A stretch of DNA of 64,000 bases from Clostridia bacterium. Lineage in GTDB: Bacteria > Bacillota > Clostridia > Oscillospirales > CAG-272. Below, in pieces: positions 51,794 through 60,657 of the stretch. The notes below the pieces were generated by a model that saw only the letters and a list, made by a program, of their open reading frames with translations, did no database searches and was not told the DNA's origin. Position numbers and translations under genes: made by a program. Position 1 is the stretch's first letter. Every line of letters starts with the position of its first letter. The stretch covers positions 1,027-65,026 of the forward strand of contig JAFQRL010000032.1 in NCBI GenBank assembly GCA_017410065.1, given 5' to 3'.

Positions 51794-54361
51794 TCAAGCC
51801 AAATATGCCTTATATCCCTGTGCCTCAACGGTGGCAACTATCGCATCTGCCACAGCTCCGTCCTTAACCGTGACGACCGCCTCGCCCGATACGTGGCTGA
51901 CCTCCGCGGCGACAACGCCGTCCATAGCCTCTATGGCAGACCTTACTCTCGCCTCGCAATGAGGGCACATCATACCCTCGACCTTAACAGTTATTTTCAT
52001 AATTTCTTCTCCTTCCGTTTTTTCGGCGCGGCACGCCTTCCTCTCACAGCCTTGATCATCAAAATTAACCGCCCCACAGCAGTTTTTCTCTGCCGAAGGC
52101 TTTCCGCCATCCTCTCCTTTGGGAGAGGTGAGCTGCTTCGGGGCATTTTTTCTTTCAAAGAAATTCAGCCTCAAAGCGTTCATCACCACCGAGAAACTTG
52201 AAAGGCTCATAGCAAGAGCGCCGATCATCGGACTCATCTCCCAGCCGAGCCAAGCCACAAAGGCACCCGCCGCAAGCGGTATTCCGACAGTGTTATAAAT
52301 AAACGCCCAGAAAAGGTTTTCTCTTATGTTTTTGAGCACCGCGCGACCAAGCCGCACCGCACGCGGAACGTCGGAGAGCCTGTCTCTCATAAGCACAAGA
52401 TCCGCCGACTCAATAGCTATATCCGTTCCTCCGCCGATCGCCGCGCCAACGTCCGCAAGCGCAAGTGAGGGAGCATCGTTTATGCCGTCGCCGACCATAA
52501 TCACGCCGCCCTCCTCGGAGAGCTTCTTTACCGTTTCCGCCTTTCCGTCGGGAAGCATACCCGAATAGACCTCGTCTATCCCTGCCTCCTTTGCTATGGC
52601 GGCGGCACAGATGGCGTTGTCGCCCGTGAGCATAACCACTCTCATACCGAGCCGTCTCAGCTCTGCGATTGCAGAGGGGCTATCCTCGCGCAGCTTATCC
52701 GAAACGGCAATAATTCCAAGCAAAGAGCCGCCCCGTGTAAAGAATAATGGCGTTTTGCCCTCGCCCGAGAGCCGCTCATAGTCTGCGCGCTCGCGCTCTG
52801 TCGCGCCGAATTTTTCGTTGTAATAGCCAAAGCTCACGCCGAGAAGCTCCTCGCCGAAAAGCATCCCTCTAACACCCGCTCCCGCCATCAGAGAAAACTC
52901 CGAGCAGGGGCGAAGCTCTGCCCCTCGACAAGCCGCGTATTCAACCACCGCTCTCGCAAGAGGGTGCTCGCTTTTGCTCTCAAGGGAATATGCAAGCGAG
53001 ATAAGCTCCCGCTCCTCGGCGCCGTAGCACAGAACGTCCACCACCGAGGGCTTACCTTCGGTAACCGTTCCCGTTTTATCAAGGACGACTATCCTCGCCT
53101 TGCCCGCAAGCTCTATCGCCTCGGCGCTTTTATAAAGTATTCCGCGCCTTGCGCCAACTCCCGCACCCACGGTTATTGCCACAGGCGTTGCAAGACCGAG
53201 CGCACAGGGACAGCTGATAACGAGCACCGATATTCCTCTGCCGAGGGCATATCCGATACCCGCGCCCACAGCGCACCAAATACCAAAAGTCACAAGCGCA
53301 ACAAGAAGCACCGCAGGCACGAAAATGCCCGAGACCTTATCCGCCACCCTTGCGATGGGTGCCTTCGTTGCGCTCGCGTCCTCAACAAGCCTTATGACAG
53401 CGGAGATCGCCGTATCCTCGCCGACCTTCGTTGCCCTGCATCTGAGGTAGCCCGACTGATTAACGGTTGCGGCGAGCACCGTGTCACCCACCGACTTCTC
53501 GCAGGGCACCGACTCTCCCGTGAGAGCCGCCTCGGAGACCGAGCTCTCGCCCTCGATAACCACGCCGTCAACAGGCACCGCGTCACCCGGCTTCAGGATG
53601 AACACCTCGCCCACAAGCACGTCCTCGGCAGGGACAGTAACCTCCGCGCCGTCTCGCTCAACGGTGGCAAGCTTCGGCGCAAGGCTCATAAGAGACCTGA
53701 CCGCATCGGTGGTCCTTCCCTTTGCCCGCTCCTCAAGAAGCTTTCCGACCGTGATAAGGGTGAGTATCATCGCGGCAGACTCAAAATAAAGTCCGTGTAG
53801 ATAGCCCATAGCCTCCTCGGGAGCCAAAATCATCTTCACCACCATAACGGTGCTGTAAACGAAGGATGCTCCCGAGCCGAGGGAAACGAGAGTGTCCATA
53901 TTCGGAGCACCCACGAAAAGCCCCTTCGCGCCTCGAACGAAAAATTTATAATTGATAAGAAGCACCGCAAGGGAAAGTATAAGCTCTATTATTCCAATGA
54001 CGTGCGCTCTTTCGGCAATAAAGCTCGGCAGAGGTGCTCCGAGCATCACGTGCCCCATCGTTATATACATAAGCGGAAGGAGCAGAGCGGCGGAGCTTAT
54101 AAGCCTTGCAAAAACCTTTTTACTATTATTTTGTAAATTATTATTTACATTTTTTCTTTGATTTGTGTATTCTGCGGCACCGTATCCCGCGGCAGTCACC
54201 GCAGATATTATGCTCTCCGAGCTTTCGTCTCCCCAAACTGAGAGCACGCCCGAGAGAAGATTAACGGCGCACCTCTCAACGCCCCCGAGAGATGAGACCG
54301 CCCTCTCAACTCTTGAGGAGCAGGCGGCACAGCTCATTCCCGTAACGGTAAATTTTCTCAT
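51794..54361 (-). CDS. copA: Copper-translocating P1B-type ATPase with N- and C-terminal HMA domains
   Basis: N-terminal GMSCAACSS, CPC motif (SCPCALGLATP), DKTGT and GDGINDAP. An extra C-terminal HMA domain (GMMCPHCEARV) follows a Cys-rich linker. Confidence 0.92.
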   Translation of the reverse strand: MRKFTVTGMSCAACSSRVERAVSSLGGVERCAVNLLSGVLSVWGDESSESIISAVTAAGYGAAEYTNQRKNVNNNLQNNSKKVFARLISSAALLLPLMYITMGHVMLGAPLPSFIAERAHVIGIIELILSLAVLLINYKFFVRGAKGLFVGAPNMDTLVSLGSGASFVYSTVMVVKMILAPEEAMGYLHGLYFESAAMILTLITVGKLLEERAKGRTTDAVRSLMSLAPKLATVERDGAEVTVPAEDVLVGEVFILKPGDAVPVDGVVIEGESSVSEAALTGESVPCEKSVGDTVLAATVNQSGYLRCRATKVGEDTAISAVIRLVEDASATKAPIARVADKVSGIFVPAVLLVALVTFGIWCAVGAGIGYALGRGISVLVISCPCALGLATPVAITVGAGVGARRGILYKSAEAIELAGKARIVVLDKTGTVTEGKPSVVDVLCYGAEERELISLAYSLESKSEHPLARAVVEYAACRGAELRPCSEFSLMAGAGVRGMLFGEELLGVSFGYYNEKFGATERERADYERLSGEGKTPLFFTRGGSLLGIIAVSDKLREDSPSAIAELRRLGMRVVMLTGDNAICAAAIAKEAGIDEVYSGMLPDGKAETVKKLSEEGGVIMVGDGINDAPSLALADVGAAIGGGTDIAIESADLVLMRDRLSDVPRAVRLGRAVLKNIRENLFWAFIYNTVGIPLAAGAFVAWLGWEMSPMIGALAMSLSSFSVVMNALRLNFFERKNAPKQLTSPKGEDGGKPSAEKNCCGAVNFDDQGCERKACRAEKTEGEEIMKITVKVEGMMCPHCEARVRSAIEAMDGVVAAEVSHVSGEAVVTVKDGAVADAIVATVEAQGYKAYLA

Positions 54362-56082
54362 TATTCCACCGCCTTAAAGATTGCCACGTACACAGTCTCA
54401 CCGCCGCTTTGAACGGTATAAACAGACATTTCAAGCCCATAGGTCGATTCTATTCCCATAAAGTAGCTGTTTGTCATAAAGCTTGAATACGGAAGGAAGG
54501 TGAGAACGAACTCACGGGGCATACCGCCCTCCGCAAGCCTTGCAAAGAGTGCCGACACCTCGGATTTATTATTGATGATAAAATCGTAGGAGGTATCGCC
54601 GAGATCTGTGTCAAAATAGCTTTTCGGATAGTCCTTGCTTGTCTCTAGGGAAACGATATCCGCCCACATATCGGTGTAAACGTATTTATCCGCGTGAGAA
54701 TAGGTAGGCGCAAGGAAGGAGCCGTAGCCAACGGTCTCAAATCTTCCGTCAAGATACTGCGCGATACTGCTGGTGCTCTCGTATCTTATATCGCCCTCGG
54801 TGGTGTCCACCATATACCATTCGCCGTCTATCTTAACGTAATTCCAGGCGTGACCCGCACCGCCGTCGACCGACGAGCCAAAGTCTCTCACGCACTCGAT
54901 TCCCTCAATACCGCAAAGCAAAACGTACGCCTTGCTCTTGCCGTCGCAAACGGCTCTGCCAACCTCAAACACACCCTCAAGATAATAGCAGGTGTTCCTT
55001 TTCTCCTCGTCGCCCGTGCCCGCGTTATAATAAGCGTCGTAGTCGTAGGAGACCGCCTCGATCAGGTATTCGTATATAGCAAGAGCCTTTTCGTAATCGC
55101 TCATACCGTCGGTGATAATATCGCGGAGTATCATTTTTGCCCGCTCATAGAAAAGCTCCGCCTTTGTGCCCTCCATCGGGAAGGTGGGCTTATAGCCGTG
55201 CTCCACCGCCCACCAAAGCTCCTCGGAGTTATAGACATCAAGAGTCTTCTCCCGAAGCTCAATGGCAAAGTCGTCAAAATCGTCCGCGCGACCCTCGCCC
55301 GAAAACGCCGAGCGGATAATTGAATTCGCGCTTTTCACGCTCTTATAGGTGCGCTCCTCGGTTTGAGGCGTGGTGTAGCTTGCCGCACCCTCGTTATAAA
55401 TTATCTCAAAATTAACGAGATACGCGGTGCTCGGATAGTAGGACATCTTAAGGGAGGTATGACTTCCGAATTCGGAATTGAGATCAAAGTCGGTCTTTGC
55501 GTTGAAGTCCTCGGAGATGCCCGAAAAATCTATCGTCAGCTTCTGGACGTGATTTGCCGCCGAGGCGTCTATTATCCTGTTTGCCTCGTAGAGGCTCGTC
55601 ACCTTATAGGTGGTGCCGTCCACCTTCGTGGTGGTAAAGCCGTAGCCGTCGCCCGTTATCATAAATTCGCTCGTTACGGCAAATTTTCCCGCGACGACCC
55701 CTGCCGCCGTGGCAACTATCTCGGTCCTTCCAACCTTGTTTGCGGTTATAATTCCGTTTTCAACCGAAACCACCGTAGGGCAAGCGGAGCTCCATTCAAG
55801 CCCCTCCGTGCCGCCGTCAAAATATTTCGATAGGTCGGCACTCTCGCCGACAGTCAGATGAACCGCCGTCGCGTCGCTATCCGCGGCAGAGCCGTCCACC
55901 CACTCCGAGGGAGGCTGCTCCTCCCCCTCGGGAAAGACCACCTCTCCGCCCTCCGTGTTCTCGCCGCCAGCGTCAAATGCGCCGTTTATGGCATCGCTCA
56001 CCTCGCCGAGCATATCCTCGCAGCCAAAGAGCGAAAGGCAGATGGCAAGAGCCAAAAGCATTGCTATTATTCTTTTTTTCAT
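54361..56082 (-). CDS. Lipoprotein with Big_2 Ig-like and transglutaminase-like cysteine protease domains
   Basis: Lipobox LSLFGC. A Big_2-like segment (VVSVENGIITANKVGRTEIVATAAG). A transglutaminase core (CDGKSKAYV..GHAWNYV..DTT). The stop overlaps the copA start (TAATG). Confidence 0.8.
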   Translation of the reverse strand: MKKRIIAMLLALAICLSLFGCEDMLGEVSDAINGAFDAGGENTEGGEVVFPEGEEQPPSEWVDGSAADSDATAVHLTVGESADLSKYFDGGTEGLEWSSACPTVVSVENGIITANKVGRTEIVATAAGVVAGKFAVTSEFMITGDGYGFTTTKVDGTTYKVTSLYEANRIIDASAANHVQKLTIDFSGISEDFNAKTDFDLNSEFGSHTSLKMSYYPSTAYLVNFEIIYNEGAASYTTPQTEERTYKSVKSANSIIRSAFSGEGRADDFDDFAIELREKTLDVYNSEELWWAVEHGYKPTFPMEGTKAELFYERAKMILRDIITDGMSDYEKALAIYEYLIEAVSYDYDAYYNAGTGDEEKRNTCYYLEGVFEVGRAVCDGKSKAYVLLCGIEGIECVRDFGSSVDGGAGHAWNYVKIDGEWYMVDTTEGDIRYESTSSIAQYLDGRFETVGYGSFLAPTYSHADKYVYTDMWADIVSLETSKDYPKSYFDTDLGDTSYDFIINNKSEVSALFARLAEGGMPREFVLTFLPYSSFMTNSYFMGIESTYGLEMSVYTVQSGGETVYVAIFKAVE

Positions 56083-56084
56083 TT

Positions 56085-57884
56085 TCAGTCCTCCTCACTG
56101 ACCCTGCGGAACTCCGAGATAGCGGCGCGGAAGTCCTCCACCGCCGCAGAAACGACCCTCGGATCGGTCATATCTATCTCGCAGACCTTAAGGCTGTCAA
56201 GGGGCGACATACTGCCGCCGCACTTAAGAAAGTCAATATATTTTTTCACGTACTCCTCGCCCTCCGACTCAATTCGCTTAACGATAGCCGAAGCGGCTGA
56301 AATACAGGTCGCGTACTTATAAACGTAAAAGTTCATATAAAAGTGAGGGATCCTCGCCCACTCGTATTGGATCTCGCCGTCGCACACGACGCGGGGCCCG
56401 AAATACTTTTTCACAAGCCCATAGTAGACCTCGGAGAGAGTGTCCGCCGTCAGGGGCGTGCCGCCCTCGACGAGAGAATAGACCTCCTTTTCAAATTCGG
56501 CAAACATCGTCTGCCGATAAAGGGTCGCCCGATAGGTGTCCATAATTCTGTCAAGAATGTATAATTTTTCGTTTTTCGACCCACACTCCGAGAGCATCTT
56601 ATGGGCTAAAAGAAGCTCGTTTACCGTGGATGCCACCTCCGCAACGAAGATGGTGTAGGAGGAGTTGTGAGGCTCGTTATACCTTCTTGAAAAATAGGAG
56701 TGCATAGAATGGCCGCCCTCGTGAGCGAGAGTGGAGACCTCGTTATAGCTATCCGTATAGTTCATCAGGATATAAGGCTTCGTGTAGGCACTGCCCGCGC
56801 TGAACGCGCCGCCCCGCTTCGCCCTTGTGGGATAAACGTCCACCCACCTCTCACAAAGAAGCCCCCTCTCCATCACCGAGCGGTACTCCTCGCCGAAGAC
56901 GCGGACCGTGTCAAGCACAAGCTCCACCGCACGGTCATAGGTATATTTCGTTTGCGAGTCGGGTGCCATAGATGCGTAAACGTCGTAAAGATGCATCTTT
57001 GAAAGCCCGAGCCTCTCTCTTTTCAGCTCGTAATATTCATAGAGCGCATCAAGGCTTTCGTTCACCGAGGTGATAAGATTTTCGTAGATGGTGGGCGTTA
57101 CCTCGTCTCTTGCGGTGGAGGCGGTTATTGCGTTCTCATAATTTCTCACCGCCGCGAGAGTGCACTTTTCCTTTATATATGCGTTGAAGGTGGTGGCAAA
57201 GGTGTTTTTGAAATCGGCGTAAACCTTATACAGCCGCTTGAATGCCGCTCTGCGCACCCGACGCTCTCCGCTCATAAGCATATCGATATAGTTTGCCTCG
57301 GAAAGCTCAACGCGCTCGCCGCCCTCCCCCGATATTTTGCCGAAATGAAGCTCGGAATTTGAAAAGATACTGCGGATATCGCTATGAGTGCCAAGGCAGT
57401 CTCCAAGCCTTGCGAGGAGCCTTTCGCCCTCGCCGTCAAGTGTGTGAGGCTTTCGCGCCTCTGCAAGCTCGATAATTCTTTTAAAGCTTGAAAGACCCTC
57501 GCACTCCGAGAAAAGCTCCTTTATGCGCCCCTCATCAAGCTCTATAAGCTTCGGACGCACGAACCAGGATGCGCTGTCCGCCTCCGAGGAAAGCGAGCGG
57601 ACCCTCGCCATCTTTGCCTGGGATGGGTTATCCGCCGTATTCACCGAATAGGAAAGAAAGGCAAAATCCCAAAGCTTTTCGATGACCCCCTCAAGGGTCA
57701 CAAGCTCTGTGAGCGCGCGGCAGAGCGACTCGCCGCTCTCGCACATTTTCCCCTCCCACTCGGGATATTTTCCGATCATTTCGCGCGCCTTGGCGAAATC
57801 CGCCTCAAACGCCTCGTCACTTTCATATATCTCGGATAAATTCCATTTATATTTTTCGTCTATCTTGCTTCTTTCCTCTGCCAT
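56085..57884 (-). CDS. pepF: Oligoendopeptidase F (M3B)
   Basis: HEGGHSMHSY zinc motif and a PepF-like length of 599 aa. ggag RBS. Confidence 0.9.
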   Translation of the reverse strand: MAEERSKIDEKYKWNLSEIYESDEAFEADFAKAREMIGKYPEWEGKMCESGESLCRALTELVTLEGVIEKLWDFAFLSYSVNTADNPSQAKMARVRSLSSEADSASWFVRPKLIELDEGRIKELFSECEGLSSFKRIIELAEARKPHTLDGEGERLLARLGDCLGTHSDIRSIFSNSELHFGKISGEGGERVELSEANYIDMLMSGERRVRRAAFKRLYKVYADFKNTFATTFNAYIKEKCTLAAVRNYENAITASTARDEVTPTIYENLITSVNESLDALYEYYELKRERLGLSKMHLYDVYASMAPDSQTKYTYDRAVELVLDTVRVFGEEYRSVMERGLLCERWVDVYPTRAKRGGAFSAGSAYTKPYILMNYTDSYNEVSTLAHEGGHSMHSYFSRRYNEPHNSSYTIFVAEVASTVNELLLAHKMLSECGSKNEKLYILDRIMDTYRATLYRQTMFAEFEKEVYSLVEGGTPLTADTLSEVYYGLVKKYFGPRVVCDGEIQYEWARIPHFYMNFYVYKYATCISAASAIVKRIESEGEEYVKKYIDFLKCGGSMSPLDSLKVCEIDMTDPRVVSAAVEDFRAAISEFRRVSEED

Positions 57885-58093
57885 ATTCCGTCTCCGTAAG
57901 ACTGCCCGCGGTGCGGCAAAGCCACCGCCCGAGAGCTGTTTTTATATGTATTATCTTACCATATTAATGCTTTTAATTCAAGTAAATATCGCATAAAATA
58001 TATTAATTTTTTGATAATAACCAATAAATGGGGCGACCTCCGCGCAAGGCAAAGGTCGCCATCTCTTATAAACGGGAAAGGGCAGAGGCAAAA

Positions 58094-58310
58094 GTGATGT
58101 TACTCGCTTCGCTCATAATGATGCTTTTGCTTACGCAAAAATGATGTTATTCGCTTCGCTCATAATGATGTTGCTCCCTACGGTCGCGGGTGATATGATG
58201 CTTGCCCACTGTGCCGCAGGCACAACATCATTGCCGTAGGCTACATCATTGCCGCAGGCTACATCATTAGGCGAAGCCGACATCACTTGCCCATAAGGGC
58301 AAACATCGTT
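58094..58310. repeat. Inverted array: five (A)ATGATGTT motifs then five AACATCATT motifs, interleaved with mini-hairpins
   Basis: Forward motifs at 58094, 58117, 58140, 58164 and 58194. Reverse motifs at 58224, 58243, 58261, 58280 and 58302. Hairpins GCCgtaGGC, GCCgcaGGC, GGCgaaGCC, TGCCCataaGGGCA and TTTTGCttacGCAAAA. Confidence 0.85.
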
Positions 58311-58366
58311 CGGCGCACATGCTTTATAGCAGGTCGCCGAGGTCGCCGAGTATTATAAAATTTGCT

Positions 58367-59110
58367 TTATAGAGTGCTGAAAAAAAGCATAAGGCAGAAG
58401 CCAAAAAGCAAGGAATAGGTAGCCGCTCGCTCGTTGCCGTGAGAATGGGTCTCGGGTATCATATCGTGGCTGGCAACGTATAGCATCGTGCCTCCCGCGA
58501 AGGCAAGCGAAAAGGGCAATATTATCCTGGCAAGCGAGACGGCATAGTAGCCGATAAAGGTGCCGACCACTTCCACAAGCCCCGTGGCAAGGGCGGTGAG
58601 CAGAGTGCGGCAGGGCGAGATCCCCGCCGAGAGCATAGGAGCAATAATTATCATCCCCTCGGGTATATTCTGAATGGCTATGCCGAGAGCTATGAACATT
58701 CCCATCTCCGCATCCCCCGAGCCAAATCCCACCCCTGCGGCTATTCCCTCGGGCAGATTGTGTATCGCAATCGCCATCACAAAAACGAGAATTCTCCCCG
58801 TCCTCTCGGGGCTATCCATGCCGTCAAGCCCGAGGAATTTATGCGCAAAGGGAGTGGCAAGATCAAGAAGGTTTACCGCAAGCGCACCCGCAAAAACACC
58901 GATTATGCAAACAATTATTCCCATTTTGCCCCCAAATTCAATAGAAGGCAATATAAGCCCCATCACCGCCGAGGCAATGCTCACCCCTGCGGCAAAGGAA
59001 AGAGTTACGTCGGACGCCCTGTGAGTTATCCTCCGCGCGGCAAAGCCGATCACAGCGCCCAGCATAGTTGCTCCTCCCACGCCAAGGGCACAAAGTAAAA
59101 CGATATTCAT
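58367..59110 (-). CDS. zupT: ZIP-family zinc/metal transporter
   Basis: 247 aa, 8 TM segments. Two HNxPEG-type motifs (IHNLPEGIA and IQNIPEGMI). Confidence 0.85.
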   Translation of the reverse strand: MNIVLLCALGVGGATMLGAVIGFAARRITHRASDVTLSFAAGVSIASAVMGLILPSIEFGGKMGIIVCIIGVFAGALAVNLLDLATPFAHKFLGLDGMDSPERTGRILVFVMAIAIHNLPEGIAAGVGFGSGDAEMGMFIALGIAIQNIPEGMIIIAPMLSAGISPCRTLLTALATGLVEVVGTFIGYYAVSLARIILPFSLAFAGGTMLYVASHDMIPETHSHGNERAATYSLLFGFCLMLFFSTL

Positions 59111-59160
59111 ATTTTTCTTTTACCGATTTTTTATTTTCACCGAAAACGGTGCCGTATTCA

Positions 59161-59214
59161 GTATATGCGAAAATTCCGTCCTTGCCTGTATATGCGAAAT
59201 TTGTGCCCTTGCCT
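59161..59214 (+). repeat. Tandem 27-bp direct repeat abutting a -35 box
   Basis: gtatatgcgaaaattccgtccttgcct followed by gtatatgcgaaatttgtgcccttgcct. Ends 3 nt before TTGACA. Confidence 0.85.
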
Positions 59215-59217
59215 TCA

Positions 59218-59246
59218 TTGACAAGCCGCCTATTTTGTGCTATACT
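59218..59246 (+). promoter_or_regulatory. Sigma-A promoter (TTGACA-17-TGcTATACT) for the NUDIX gene
   Basis: TTGACA 59218-59223 and TATACT 59241-59246. Confidence 0.7.
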
Positions 59247-59345
59247 TTATTTTGTAAAATAAAAGGCGACCGCAAGAGACTCGCCCTCCCTTGCGGCAAC
59301 AGGATGAAGAAAACCCATCTTCAGCCTTTCGGAACGGAGCATATA

Positions 59346-59849
59346 ATGGAGCTTTGGGAATTAACGGACGGGGACGGCGTGCCCCAAGGAAAAATGTACG
59401 ACAGGCACTCGGGCGACCCCATACCCGAGGGCTATTTCTTCCGCGTGGCGGAGGTTTGGGTGCATATCGGAGACAAAACCCTCGTCACTCGCCGCCACCC
59501 CGATAAATGGGCGGGGCTTCTTTGGGAGGTACCGGGCGGCGGTGTTCTTGCAGGCGAGGAGCCACGCGCGGCGGCGGCAAGAGAGCTCTCCGAGGAGGTG
59601 GGCATCTCGGCAGACCCCGAGAGCCTTCAAAAAATATCAGTCACCCGCCATAAAAACGCAATAGTCTATTCCTTCCTTCTTGAGCTTTCGGAGCTGCCCG
59701 AGATAACCCTCCAGCCAACCGAGGTGGTGGACTTCCGCTTCGCCACAAGCGAGGAGCTCGATCAGCTTTCCCCCGAAATGACCCTTGGCACCTCGGAGAG
59801 GCTTTCCCTCGTGAGAGAATATATCGCGGAGTATTGTGCCTCAAAATAA
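59346..59849 (+). CDS. NUDIX hydrolase
   Basis: Nudix box GGGVLAGEEPRAAAARELSEEVGI. Start at ATG 59346 (ggag RBS). Confidence 0.85.
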   Translation: MELWELTDGDGVPQGKMYDRHSGDPIPEGYFFRVAEVWVHIGDKTLVTRRHPDKWAGLLWEVPGGGVLAGEEPRAAAARELSEEVGISADPESLQKISVTRHKNAIVYSFLLELSELPEITLQPTEVVDFRFATSEELDQLSPEMTLGTSERLSLVREYIAEYCASK

Positions 59850-59949
59850 TTCTCGGAAAATTTACAGCTTCGAATTGATTTGCACAAGGCTCATATATTA
59901 AACTAATAAGAGAAAACTGCGGACAAAGTCCGCCGAATACGGAGATATT

Positions 59950-60657
59950 ATGGAAAACGGTAAAACGCCTGCGCTCGTTTGCAGGCAGGTAACAAAGCAA
60001 TACGGCGAGGCAGTCGCTCTTAACGATTTCAATTTCACGGTGCACGAGGGCAGAATAGTCGGGCTTCTCGGCCCCTTCGGCTGCGGAAAAAGCACGCTTC
60101 TGAAAATGGCGGCGGGAATAGAGCGGCTCGGCTCGGGAGAGCTTTTGGTCCTCGGCGAGACCCCCTCTCACGCCCTTATGAGCTCGGTGGCTTATATGCC
60201 CGACCGCCCAAACATCCCAGACTTCGGGTCGGTGGGTCATCTCATCAGATATTATAAGGACTTCTTCCCCGATTTCCGCCCCTCGGTGATAGAGAGTATT
60301 CTTCCCGAGCTCGGTATCACGGCGAAGGATAAGATCAGATTCCTTTCCCCCACGGTGCTTCGCAAGCTTCAGCTTTCTCTCACTATGTCCCGCGCGGCAA
60401 AGCTATATCTTCTTGACGAGCCGCCCGCCTTCACTATGGATGGCTCCGCGGAGTTCGTCTCAAGAGTTATAATGGCAAACTGCCCCGAGAGCTCTACGGT
60501 GATAGTTGCCTCCTCGCAGGTGGCAGACGTTGAATATATGCTGGACGATTTCTTCTTCATCACCTACGGCGGCAGAATACTTCTCTCGGGTAGCGCAAGG
60601 GTCGCCCGCGAGGGTAGCGGCAGATCTCTTGCCGAGCTTGCAAGGGAGGTGTACTGA
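59950..60657 (+). CDS. ABC-transporter ATP-binding protein with degenerate signature and H-loop
   Basis: Walker A GPFGCGKS and Walker B LYLLDEP. The signature is LSPTV instead of LSGGQ, and there is no H-loop His (VIVASSQ). Confidence 0.75.
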   Translation: MENGKTPALVCRQVTKQYGEAVALNDFNFTVHEGRIVGLLGPFGCGKSTLLKMAAGIERLGSGELLVLGETPSHALMSSVAYMPDRPNIPDFGSVGHLIRYYKDFFPDFRPSVIESILPELGITAKDKIRFLSPTVLRKLQLSLTMSRAAKLYLLDEPPAFTMDGSAEFVSRVIMANCPESSTVIVASSQVADVEYMLDDFFFITYGGRILLSGSARVAREGSGRSLAELAREVY

